NCBI GenBank assembly: GCA_030390025.1
Contig: CM059432.1
Span: forward strand, 147,500,001-147,564,000
Length of the DNA: 64,000 bases
Reading direction: 5' to 3'
From: Squalus acanthias
Taxonomy: Eukaryota
In this document: one piece after another, positions 1-11,501 of the stretch
Numbering within the stretch: position 1 is the stretch's first letter
Layout: every line of letters begins with the position of its first letter
Made by a program: the position numbers and the translations under genes
The notes under the pieces: generated by a model
What the model was told of the DNA's origin: nothing
Database searches by the model: none
The model's input: the letters and a program-made list of their open reading frames with translations, nothing else

Positions 1-31
1 TAGCCAAATCAACCTAACCCGCACATTTTTA

Positions 32-272
32 GACTCTCTCTTGTTGGAGATGGTCATTGCCTGGCACTTGTGTGGTGCGAATGTTACTTGTCACTTATCA
101 ACCCAAACTTGAATGTCATCCAGGTCTTGCTGCATGCGGACACAGACTGCTTCATTATCTGAGGAGTTCCAAATGGAACTGAACACTGTGCAGTCATCAG
201 CAAACATCCCACTTCTGACCTTATGATGGAGGAAAGGTCATTGATGAAGCAGCTGAAGAAGGTTGGGCCTTG
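32..272 (-). mobile_element. RTE-X-like LINE fragment (RT region)
   Basis: Reverse complement of part of 1796-2866 (FSCFINDL..IRSEVG); clade assignment tentative. Confidence 0.75.
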
Positions 273-365
273 AAAAATCACCACATCTCCTGCGCTACCC
301 CAGATGTACCAGTCCTTTTACCCTGCAACAGATTCCTGTGGCCTGATAATGGCTTATCTCATGGA

Positions 366-496
366 ACACAAAAGCAAAATACTGCGGATGCTGGAAATCT
401 GAAATAAAAACAGAAAATGCTGGAAATACTCAGCAGGTCAGGCAGCATCTGTGGAGAGAGAAACAGAGTTAACGTTTCAGGTCGATGACCCTTCAT
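366..496 (-). mobile_element. Penelope-like family A terminal repeat, truncated inside the hammerhead motif
   Basis: Near-identical to the terminus at 38424-38550 of the RT/GIY-YIG element. Confidence 0.85.
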
Positions 497-1795
497 GGCT
501 TTGTCCCCAGCAAGGGTGTCAGTCTCACCCAGAGCCCATCAAAAGGAATAAGACTAGAATTCACCTGAGTCTGGGAAATTGGCTGTGGTCAGGGGCTGAG
601 TATTTTGACATGGGGAAAATTGTTTCTCTTATTTTCAGCATAAGCTATTTCAATTACTGAGAAAACAAAGATGGTAGTAGAAGAAATTTGTAAGAAATTT
701 ACAGAGTTATTTGATTAATTCCCTTTCTGTTTTCCATTATTAAGACATATTGCTGACTGCTAATATTTGATTTATTATTTTCATGGCTTTAGTAGTTCTT
801 TATTGGTAGTTTTTGACTCACTTTTCTTGCATTTGATTGATAGATTCCCTACCTTTGCAGTTGCGATTTGTTGCCATTTCATGAGTATGAAAGTTAAGCC
901 AATCAAATGCAAGAAATTTGCATATACAAAGGTGTGACACCTTTAAGTGTGACACAGGAATTCTGAAAATCAGGCAATGTTTACATACATACCATTTTCA
1001 CATTGTATTGCTCTAGTTCTTCAGGCTTGATTGTTGATCACTGTTTTCTCCATAAATTCAGCTCTCACTTTGCTAATTTGTCAGGGGATACAGTCAACAT
1101 CATCCACAATGAAAACTATTGTGATTTTTTTTTTAGGGAAGCATCCTACCATATTGTTAGTTCCCTAAATTCCTACAATGACCTAACTATATTATGAATG
1201 CTGTGCCTATTATGTAATAAGGGTGTTATGGTGTGTGATTCTTTGGCCATTTTTTCATTGAAGGGCCTTGAGTGTAAGTTATGTTACGATATTCATTTTT
1301 TAGCAAAGCTTGCCTAAAATGGGTTAATTCTCAAGAGGGGCCCAGGCTGATGGTAATTACAATGCAGGGTGGGCAGTTGCTTTACACTGTTCCCAAACAA
1401 TGATCATTTTGTTAACAAAGCCTGGCCTTTCAGGAAGACATGGAACACCTTGATGTGGAGAAACTCTTTTGATCTCCATTAGTCTTTGAAGAAAGGGTTT
1501 TGAAAATCAAGACAATCGCTGAAAAGACTGTGAAGGGAGTAAACCACTGTCATGGGTGGTAGAACAGGGCACAGAGAGATAGATTGTTTTTAAATTGAGT
1601 TTGACGGCACACAGCAGTGTGGTGGTGCTTGGTGTCTATAGTATAATATGGATTAGAGGTTAAACCTCGAGGAATAGACTTCCTGAATGAGATATAAAAT
1701 GTACTATTTCACAAGCAGCCCACTAAATGTGTCTAACTAGTGTATAGGCGAAGAGAGTTGACAGCTGCTGCTTGTTTCAGAGCTACCCTGAACCC

Positions 1796-2866
1796 TGGAG
1801 TCATACCTAGCACAAAGGAAGATGGTTGTGGTGGTTGAAGGTCAATCATCACAGCCACAGGACATCGCTGCAGGAGTTCCTCAGGCAGTGTCCGAGGCCC
1901 AACCATCTTCAGCTGCTTCATCCATGACCTTCCCTCCAACATAAGGTCAGAAATGGGGATGTTCGCTGATGACTGCACAGTGTTCAGTGCCATTCGCAAC
2001 TCCTCAGATAATGAAGCAGTCCATGCCCGCATGCAACAAGACCTGGACAACGTTCAGGCTTGGGCTGATAAGTGGCAGGTAACATTCGCGCCACAGAAGT
2101 GCCAGGCAATGACTATCTCCAACAAGTGAGAGTCTAACCACCTCCCCTTGACATTCAATGGCATTACCATCGCCAAATCCCCTACTATCAACATCCTGGG
2201 GGCCACCATTAACCAGAAACTTAACTGGACCAGCCACATAAATACTGTGACAACAAGAGCAGGTCAGAGGCTAGGTATTCTGCGGCGAGTGTCTCACCTC
2301 CTGACTCCCCAAAGCCTTTCCACTATCTACAAGGCACAAGTAAGGAGTGTGATGGAATACTCTCCACTTGTCTGGATGAGTGCAGCTCCAACAACACTCA
2401 AGAAGCTCGACACCATCCAGAACAAAGCAGCTCGCTTGATTGGCACCTCATCCACCACCTTAACATTCACTCCCTCCACCACCGGCGTACCGTGGCTGCA
2501 GTGTGTACCATCTACAAGATGCACTGCAGCAATTCGCCAAGGCTTCTTCGGCAGCACCTCCCAAACCCGCGACCTCTTCCACCTAGAAGGACAAGGGCAG
2601 CAGGCGTATGGGAACACCACCACCTCCAAGTTCCCCTCCAAGTCACACACCATCCTGACTTAGAAGTATATCACCGATCCTTCATCGTCGCTAGGTCAAA
2701 ATCCTGGAACTCCCTAACTAACAGCACTGTGGGAGTACCTTCACCACACGGACTGCAGCGGTTCAAGAAAGCGGCTCACCACCACCTTCTCAAGGGCAAC
2801 CAGGGATGGGTAATAATGCTGGCATTGCCAGCAACGCCCACATCCCACAAATGAATTTTAAAAAAA
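1796..2866 (+). mobile_element. RTE-X-like LINE, 5'-truncated and frameshifted
   Basis: GVPQGSV, MFADD, YKAQVRSVMEYSPLVW motifs; A-rich tail; same family at 22445, 29864, 34121, 48209. Confidence 0.85.
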
Positions 2867-3044
2867 TTAACAATATCATGGATTTTTGGGAAAGTTATTT
2901 CTGAGAGGAAGGACATTTCAATGGAGATGGGGCTGCTTTGATGAAACTTGATTAACAGCAACCAGAACGACCCACTGGATTTTGAAATCCGTTTCTTATT
3001 CTTTCCAAGCGCAACACATTTTCTTTTCTCTTTCTCTCTCAATC

Positions 3045-3141
3045 TCAGAGCACAGCCTAGATTTTATGCCCTGGAGTGAGATTTGAACCCACAACTTTCT
3101 AACTCCGAGGTGACAGTGCTGCCACTGAGCCACAGCTGACA
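3045..3141 (-). mobile_element. tRNA-derived SINE head
   Basis: Minus strand has A box TGGCTCAGTGG and B box GGTTCAAATC without a full cloverleaf. Confidence 0.7.
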
Positions 3142-4323
3142 TCTATAAAGAGCATGCCAAAGTTCCTCACAGGGAAGTGTGAGGAATACCAGCACTGAGC
3201 CGGGAAGGGAGAAGATAATAGATGGATTAGAAGAGGCGAAGAGAGGCGGATGAAGAGGTGGAGGGTTTAGGGAGGGAATTCCAAAGATTGTGACCCAATG
3301 GCGTAAAACTCTGCCACAAGGTGGGACAAGTGGGAGAGGGAATGTATTAAAGGTTCCTGTAATTGCTGATGTTGAATGAATGCCCTGTTTTTGCCTCCTT
3401 GTGCTGACTTTCAAATGGTGATTGTAAACTGAAACCACATGGTCTGGATATAACAACATTGGGCTGGATTTTGATTCAGGGGCGGGTTGGGGTCGTGTAA
3501 TCCGCATTTCGTGTTAGCCACCCGAATCTAAATCAATGTGGGAGATTGATGCGATTTTAACATAATTGGCCAATTGAGTTCCAGCGTGTGGGAACCCATG
3601 GCCAGTGAGTTTTTCCAGTCTGAAAGTCGCTTCCGATGACGTCATCATTGCTGCAGCATTTAAGGTCTGCAACAAGCCTTGCTTCCTCTGCAGACTGCCA
3701 AGCTTCTGCCTTTGCATGTTAGAGGCACCTGCAGGAAGAATGGCCAGCCAGAGACCTAGGTCTGCACCTCGATTTGATGACGTCGCCCTGCAAGCTTTAA
3801 TTGAGGGAGCCAGAGCTAATAAGGAGGTGCTCTTCCCTTCTTCAGGGAGGAAGAAGCCTTCCCATCAAACCAAGGCTGTGTGGATGCAGGTGGCAGAGGA
3901 GGTCAACTCGTTGTCCATAACCCGCAGAACCTGGCTTCAGTGCAGGAAGAGGTTTCATGACCTGCTACGCACTGGAAAAGTGAGTATGAATTTCCCATCA
4001 CCCTCATTCTGATCCCCATTGCCTCTCCTCAGCAGCACTCGGCTTTGACAACCTCTTCTCCACATCCCACTTGACACTGACATCCCTGCACCCTTACCCA
4101 TTCCCTCTCTCTGTATGGTCACATTCACCTAACTATTCGACTATGCAGCCCTCACACTCCCGATCGCTGTGATGCTATGAAAACAACTTACAACACACAG
4201 GGAGGGCCCATGGTCTTGCCACCTCACTCCGAATTTGTCTCCTTCTAACCATCAATGATATAGATTCTCTACACTCACTCCTTCATTCTCACTCAAACTC
4301 CACTTGTCTCCCTCACTGTACCT

Positions 4324-4360
4324 GTACCTGACGAAGGAGCAGCGCTCCGAAAGCTCGTAA
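4324..4360 (+). ncRNA. Minimal type I hammerhead ribozyme motif (family B)
   Basis: uac-CUGACGA-a-ggagc/agc/gcucc-GAAA-GCUC-gua; palindromic AGCU stem III. Confidence 0.8.
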
Positions 4361-4449
4361 TTTAAATAAAACTGTTGGACTATAACCTGGTGTTGTGCGA
4401 CTTCTCATTTTTGTCCACCCCAGTCCAACACCGGCATCTCCGCATCATC
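4324..4449 (+). mobile_element. Penelope-like family B terminal repeat inside Myb intron 1
   Basis: Matches 55103-55192 plus the tail seen (inverted) at 54543-54579. Confidence 0.85.
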
Positions 4450-5116
4450 ATTGCAGGAAAAGAGAGCTCACAATAAGAGGGAAAGAGCGAGGACAGGAGG
4501 AGGGCCACCCTCAGTAGCCCAGCTCACCACAAGGGAGGAGGCGGTCCTGGAGATCATGGGAGTGGAGGAGGATGCACAAGTGGGGGACGGACAGACGGGT
4601 GCATCAGAGCAAGCTGGTGACAGAATAGTTTATCATCTCTCTCATTGACATTGCATGAGTCAGTGATAATGATTCTGATGCTCCAGCAGACTGACTTATG
4701 ATCATCTGCAATATGCAATGTGCACGTAACCTTGGATTCACATCTCTGACTCTTTCCTTTACTCCCCCCCAGGACCATCGCGAGCAGCCGTCCCCACCAT
4801 CCAGGAGGAAGAGCATGAGCCTCACCACTCCTCAGAGGAAGCTGCAACCTCTGAGGGCGCCGCGTCAGCAGAATTCAGTGCACCCAGCACCAGCGCAGAC
4901 ACTCACACCTCGGAGGGAACATCGCGAGATAGAGTAGTGTTGTCACCTGGTGTATCACAGCTCACAAGTGAGCATCAGCAGATAGTGGAGACAGGGACAG
5001 CAGTGGAGAGTCCTAGTCAGAGGGCGCAGGTCTCTCCTAGCTCGGCTCAGCTGCATGTCGACCCTCTGCCTCTGGGTCCATCCATAAGATAAGCGGTGCT
5101 GGAACTCCAGGAACAG

Positions 5117-5713
5117 ATACATAGATACATAGATACATAGAAGATAGGAGCAGGAGTAGGCCATCCGGCCCTTCGAGCCTGCTCCGCCATTTAATGTGAT
5201 CATGGCTGATCCTCCAATTCAGTATCCCGTCCCCGCCTTCTCTCCGTAACCCTTAACCCCTTTTGCCTGTAGAAATATATCTAATTCCCTCTTAAATATA
5301 TTTAATGAGCTGGCGTACACTGCCCTCTGTGGCAATGAGTTCCACAGGTTCACCACTCTCTGAGTGAAGAAATTTCCCCTCATTTCTGTCCTAAATGGTT
5401 TAGCCCTTATCCTTAAATTATGTCCTCTAGTTCTGTTCTCACCCGCCAAGGGAAACATTCCTTCTGCATCTAGTCTGTCTAGACCTGTCAGAATTTTATA
5501 CACTTCTATGAGGTCCCCTCTCAATCTTCTAAACTCCAGTGTGTACATCCCTAAACTACATAGTCTCTCCTCATAGGTCAATCCCGCCATTCCTGGTATC
5601 AGCCTGGTGAATCGCCGCTGCACCCCCTCCATGGCAAGAACATCTTTCCTCAGATGAGGCGACCAAAACTGTACACAGTACTCGAGGTGTGGTCTCACCA
5701 GTGCCCTGTACAG
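5117..5713 (-). mobile_element. CR1 LINE 3' end nested in Myb exon 3
   Basis: LYRALVRPHLEYCVQFWSP..RRLRGDLIE; (CTATGTAT)n tail; removing it rejoins the Myb frame (QEQ|LESL). Confidence 0.92.
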
Positions 5714-8376
5714 CTGGAGTCTCTGGCAGGTTTTGTCTCCAGGGTCGCTGCGAGTGTGGAGCGAATGGAGGAGTCCATAGCGAAGCCTTTGTGGAGTCAT
5801 TGGCACATGAACGCATCACCACGGAAAGGATGGCAACCTCCGTGGAAAGGATGGCTACAGTAGAGGAGAGGTTGGCTACGGCTATGGAGGAGATAAGTTG
5901 CCAGAGTGTAGAAAACATGGTCATTGTTCAGAATAGACTGGCATCTCTTGAGGAGCGATGGTCATCTATTGAACACAGAAACCAGACCTTCATGGAAGTC
6001 CTTCTGAGTAGGACTTCCAGTGCAGATATGGGTCCCCATGGCCCCCCTGATGTGCAGCAAGGTGCTCTCAATCCACTTGCAAGCGCTGAGGTGGGGCTGA
6101 CCCATGATAGGGATGTTGGTGGCAGACAACAAGGAAGTGGGGGCTCCTCTCCAAGCGCTCACATGACCAAGCCACTGCAAAGCCCTCAGTCAGAGCCCCA
6201 CCAGAGTCCTCACCCAACCGAGATGGGCGTCTCAACCCCTGCACAGCCGTAGGAGCAGCAGACTGTTGCCGAGCCCTCACAGGCTCGCAACCCCAGAGGA
6301 CGCCTGCCAAAGGTGTCGAGGCAGGAGCAGCAAGAAAGTGAGCAAGGGGCCTCCACATCTGCTGAAGCCACAGGGGAAGCACCACGTAGGAGCACGCATA
6401 AAAGAAAAATAATGCACAAGTAGTCAAAAGGGTACTCACTTGGGTGTAATGTTGTGTTTAATCTTGAAATGCCAGCACTTGCTTGGTGTGATTAAAAATT
6501 CTGCTGGCAAACTGCTGAAGTTGTGGCATCTGTCATTTCGCAAATGGGACTTCCACATTGAGGGCTTAGGATGACTTGCAATTGTCAGTATGGTAGTCAG
6601 AGTGATAGGAATCCGCAGGTTCCTGGCCATTGTCGATGGTCTGATAAGAAGGTGCGAGGCAAAAGTGTTTGATTGTGCAGGCTAAGCAAATCTGGTCAAC
6701 TGCGTCCCTTGCATCTCGGACAGCAATGTGGTCGCACGCTGGCGCCTTCTGGCCTGTGCAGCTTCAGGTGGGTGAGGAGCAGCTTGGCACTCCTGTTGAT
6801 GCTGCTGCTGCTGGTGGTGCTGTTGTTCATGGTTCTGCTGCTGCCACGGCTGGTCCTCGTCCAAATCTGATGTCCAGGAGGAAAGGAAATAAATGGCTCC
6901 CATGCTTCTGGTATATGCCTCAGTTGAGGAAGCGCTCAGTCAAGGTGGCGAGAGGGGTTTCCCAGGAGGTCACACTGGAGATGGGTGTCAGGCCCCAAAC
7001 TTCCACAGCTGTGGTTATGCCATATAAAAGTTCCCCCAGACAACAAAGTCCTGCCAACTGCAAATGATGGCTGATCACATCTCCTATTTCATGGTTGAGC
7101 TGCAGCTGATAGTCAGCAATCCAAATGTGCTACCGCCAGGTTTCACATTCATGGTTCAGAACAGGCATGCTTCACGTGGAAAAAGGGTTAAAATCACAAA
7201 GGCCTTTAAAATGGCATTATAGAGGCAATTTAGTGCTTGTTAAGGGCCTTAACGGCCTATCCCGCCTCTTGGAGGCGGGACGGAGTCGGGACCAGCAGAC
7301 ACGATTTAATGAAAATTGCGTGGAGGCGGGATGGAGGTGGGCTTGTGCCCGCCCGCCAGTTTTTGCAATTTTAACCCCCCACACGCCTCCAAACCCGCCT
7401 CTACGGGTCAATGAAAATTCTGCCCATTGTCTCCCAAATTCTCTGCAAATTTCTTATCTTTTTCTTTCTGCTTGTAACTCAGTACCTTCCGTTACAGGCA
7501 TGTACTCCTTCTATTAACATCGACATCACCATGGACCAGTTGGGTGTAGGTGAAGGACCTGGGCAGCACAAGCAGAGGTAAAAGCCAAAAGCAAGAACAC
7601 TGCAGACAGAGTGCCAATGAAATGGATAGCATAAAGACCCACAGCTGAACTTGTACATATGTAACACAAGACATTTACATAAACACTCAGCACTTAATTA
7701 CAATAAATGAACGCAAAACATTAGCATCAGACTACTTGTAGCCTTCAGCACAGGTGTTTGGCTGATTGATGTTTCAAACCAGAGTGCTATCTCCCTCTTC
7801 TTTTCCATTCACAAGTGCTCTCTATCCTCCCCTGTTGTTCCCTTTGTTCAGTACCTGTAACAATGTGCCAGGATGAATTTACAAAGACATCAAAGATTTC
7901 TAGGTCCTTAAATTTCAGATTTTTTTTTTCAAAAGAAGTAAATTGTTCTCCGTTTCATAGTCTACAGTAAATTCAGTATCATTGTTTGAAATATCCAGAA
8001 TATCAGGAGGGAAAGACGGATGGAGAGTTCTTTCATCTTCACCCATTTTACCTGTTTCCTCAGTCGTGATACTTTGGCTGGGTGCACTGATTTGTTTGTA
8101 TTGGTGGTGTCTTTGGATGGCTTCAATAGCTGTCTTTCGTAGAACCACCAGTAGTCAAGTATTTTAATTGTAACAACACAGAGCCAAATAGTGTTGTTTT
8201 CTCCCTATTCCATCGATGAGTGTTAATCCCTATCGTGCTCAAAGGTATATGGCTATCGGGTACTGAAAAACAGGAGGTAACATGTACTCAGAAGGAGTCG
8301 AGCTCTTTCAGTGTGGGGCTGCACAAAGCAGGAAGGTGGAATGCAGCAGCAACATCCACTACAAGTCGAACTCACA

Positions 8377-9222
8377 GGGCTGGATCTTGCCAGGCCTGGG
8401 GAGGCGGGTTTGGAGGCGTGTCTGCCGGGAAAATAGCAGTATTTGGAGGAGGGTGCCCAACCTGCCCCCAACCCGCCTCCGTGCCATCTTGCCAGGAGGC
8501 AGGTAGCCGTCCCGCGCCGGGTCCCGTCTCCTTGGAGGCGGGAAGGGATTACAGCCACTTAACTGCCTGTTAACAGGTAGTTAACAGGCAGAAAATAGGA
8601 TTATCCCCTTTTTGCCCACACAAGTGCAGGCTTCCCAAAGGCTCCGAAACCCACCAGGGTCACCGAGGCGAGTACTGGGTCTGCGGGGGTCGGAGGGGTG
8701 CAAAAGTGCGCTGTGAAGGTGAGTGATGGGTGCAAGTGTGGAGAGGTGAGTATCTGAGGTAAATGGAAAGTGTTAGAAAAAGTGTACTTACCTTTGTTTC
8801 TTCCTGCAGGCTTCAGTCGGTGGGTATGCGGAGAGTCTCGCACCTCCGCGGCAGAGATGACAGATGGCCGTTGCATTCTCCAATGCAACAACCATCTCAT
8901 TTCTGCAAAAGAAAGAGGTTTGATGAGGTCTTGAATTCAAGAACTCATCAAACTACAGAGAATGTCAGTGTTTGACAGCTTCACAGAGCTGTCAAACAAT
9001 GACAATTCATCTGTCAAAAGTTTTTGACAGATGAAACATCATACGCTGACGTTCTCTGCAACCGGCTTTCCCTTAATTGGCCTGCCAAGCCCACTGGGCG
9101 GGCTTAACAAGGTCAATCAAGGGAAAATAGCGTGGGTTGGCCAGAAGTTGATGGAGGCGGGACATCGACCTGACAAGTGGGAGTCCCGCCTCCAAAAGCT
9201 CCCCATTGCCAAAATCCAGCCC
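8377..9222. mobile_element. Non-autonomous Harbinger/MITE
   Basis: TIRs GGGCTGGATCTTG / CAAAATCCAGCCC, TSD ACA. Confidence 0.85.
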
Positions 9223-10033
9223 ACATTCTCAGTTAGACTGTTGTACTAACAACTTTTCGCATTGTTCAGGTTCTGTTTCTATGTACCAACATTGACTTAA
9301 AACTGCAGCCATACTGGCCTCAGACCATGATTCATCCATCAGATCTGCTATACTGCCGACTGTGCCTTGTACTGTGCTTGGTGATGAAGGCCGTAGGCTT
9401 GTATTTTGTGGTTTGACAGAGAGCAGGGCAGAGCGGCTGCTGAAACTGCTCTGCATCAATTTTTAGGGTTACTTTTAATGCCCCTTTATTATCATAACAG
9501 GTAGAATCCTACCAGGCTGTTATTGGACACTGTTATTGTACTTAGTGTTGTACAAAGCTGAAAAAAGCATTTAAACTGTAAAGTATCAAAATAATTCGGT
9601 TATCTTAAAGCTCCGTTCCCCCCGCAGGGGTTGGGGGAACGGGGAGAGGAGTTGGGTCTGAACATCCATTTACTTCCAATCTTGTTTTATTGTGGTGTTG
9701 TTCGCAGCAGCCCAGACAGAATGCCATTTGTGCTCATGGTGCAGTATTTTCATCACTCCTGCACTGCAACTATTAAATCTCTAAGTGAATATATTCTTTA
9801 ATTTCTCCGACAGCTGCTGGGTTTTCTGGTAGAAACATTGTGAAGCTGAGAGACCCCACATGAAGTAGGAAAATTGCTTTCTGCTTCCTACATCCTCATT
9901 TAGTGTAGCTTATGTTGGTGGAGTGCGGAGATGAGCCTATCTCTTACCATCAACCAAACTCACTGGTGAAGTCAAAACAGAAAGCGCTGGAAAAACTCAG
10001 CAGGCCAGGCAACATCCGTGGAGAGAGAAACAG

Positions 10034-10070
10034 AGTTAACGTTTCAGGTCGAAGACCTTTCGTCAGAACT
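10034..10070 (-). ncRNA. Minimal hammerhead ribozyme motif (family A)
   Basis: aguu-CUGACGA-a-agguc/uuc/gaccu-GAAA-CGUU-aacu; stem I aguu/aacu; palindromic ACGU stem III. Confidence 0.85.
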
Positions 10071-10104
10071 TCTGACGAAAGGTCTTCGACCTGAAACGTT
10101 AACT
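10068..10104 (+). ncRNA. Minimal hammerhead ribozyme motif (family A), stem I with one mismatch
   Basis: acuu-CUGACGA-a-agguc/uuc/gaccu-GAAA-CGUU-aacu. Confidence 0.75.
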
Positions 10105-10813
10105 CTGTTTCTCTCTCCACAGATGCTGCCTGGCCTGCTGAGTTTTTCCAGCGCTTTCTGTTGTTATTTCAGTTTTCCAGCATCCGCAGTATTTTGCTAT
10201 CGTATCACTGGTGAAGTCCTTACTCGTGTTCCCCCTGTTTAATTGTTCTGTCAGCTGTTTCTTATTCCTCTGCTCACAGAAGCCTGTTTTCACTTATTTA
10301 GGCTTCCTGAGATTCACATTCTTTTTCAGATTGAGATTTGTAAAGTAATTGAGAAGCAATATAATAAAATCCCCACCCATTAATGCCTTGCTAATGATGT
10401 CAGAGGATGCAAGCTAGGCTACGGTTAAATTATTTAGCCATAATGAACAGATGTCATGATAATGCACAGGAGTACTTGTTGTTCCACAGTGTCTCGAGTA
10501 CACGGGAGACCTTTGGTACAAGGTACTGAATGCTCAACATAAGCCAGAAAGGGATGAAGGAAATAGGAAAGCAGGTTATGCTAACAGTTGCAGACCAAGT
10601 CAGGTGACTTCATGCTGCAGGCTGCCCAGATGCACTATGGTGGGCACTAGTTTGTCAATCTGTGTCAGGAGTATTCAATTTTCAGAAAGTTAAGCAAAGC
10701 ATTTCAAATTAAATATCTTTGACTCACGCAGTATAGCAAATAACATGATACTTTATTAGGCATTGCCCACAGGGCTAGAATAAGATAGAGATGGCTAGAT
10801 TGAGATAGATAGA

Positions 10814-11154
10814 GAGGTGCTGTCTTTCGGATGAGACGTTAAACCGAGGCCCCGTCTGCCTTCTCAGTTGGATGTAAAAGATCCCACGGCACTATTCGAA
10901 GAAGAGCAGGGGCATCCTCCTGCTGTCCTAGACAACATTTATCTCCTAACCAACATCACTAAAACAGATTATCTGGTCATTATGACATTGCTGTTTGTGG
11001 GAGCTTGCTGTGCGCAAATTGGCTGCCGCGTTTCCCACATTACAACAGTGACTACATTTTTTTAAATTTTAAAGTACTTCATTGGCTGTAAAGCCCTTTG
11101 GGATGTCCTAAGGTCCTTGAAAGTGCTGTATAAATGCAAGTCTTTCTTTTCTTT
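10814..11154 (+). mobile_element. Deu-domain SINE (SacSINE1/AmnSINE1-like), 5'-truncated
   Basis: GTCTTTCGGATGAGACGTTAAACCGAGGCCCCGTCTGCC..AAAGATCCCA..GATTATCTGGTCATTAT core; L2-type tail TATAAATGCAAGTCTTTC. Confidence 0.88.
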
Positions 11155-11501
11155 ATTAAAGGTGCTGTATAATTGCAAGTTCCTCTCCATCCTCCTCGTC
11201 CCCCATCTTTTCCTCTTCCTCCTCATCCTCTTCTTCCTCCTCGCCCTCCAAATTAATCCACGTGCTATTAACTCAGTCGATGAACTTCATTGATACTAAT
11301 GAGGTTAACGGGCAGGCAGCATCACAGGCATCAACGGAGTCAAAGCACACTGCAGGAACTAATAATTAAGAAGATAAATCTGAATCGGTACTCCAGGTAT
11401 AGATTTTCACAGGAATTTGGACTGGGAGATCAACACACCCGACATGACTTTCGGGAATTTTGACATCAAACTTTACTTGCCACACCCCATTTCCATTCAT
11501 T

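Larger units (their letters stand above)
3740..6423 (+). pseudogene. Harbinger Myb/SANT-like DNA-binding protein gene (NAIF1/MSANTD-like); exons 3740-3979, 4457-4616, 4773 onward
   Basis: APRFDDVALQALIE..W.QVAEEVNS....RTWLQCRKRFHDL|EKRAHNKRERARTGGGP; in-phase GT-AG introns; TAA at 5090-5092; CR1 insertion and frameshift further downstream. Confidence 0.85.
3461..7425. mobile_element. PIF/Harbinger element retaining the Myb/SANT gene; transposase mostly deleted
   Basis: TIRs GGGCTGGATTTT / AAAATTCTGCCC, TSD ATT on both sides; possible transposase C-terminal remnant on - strand near 6680-6880. Confidence 0.9.
9974..10204. mobile_element. Foldback Penelope-like family A insertion (two inverted termini only)
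   Basis: Palindrome centred on 10069 with about 95-bp arms; 14-bp TSD TCACTGGTGAAGTC at 9960-9973 and 10205-10218. Confidence 0.92.

Noticed and set aside
916..923. Octamer ATTTGCAT as an immunoglobulin promoter
   Set aside because: No leader, V segment or recombination signal seen nearby
3045..3141. tRNA gene
   Set aside because: A and B boxes only, no complete cloverleaf; continues into SINE-like sequence
7479..9459. Short ORFs in unique DNA (7479-7674, 7915-8167, 9229-9459)
   Set aside because: No recognisable domain and no convincing paired splice sites
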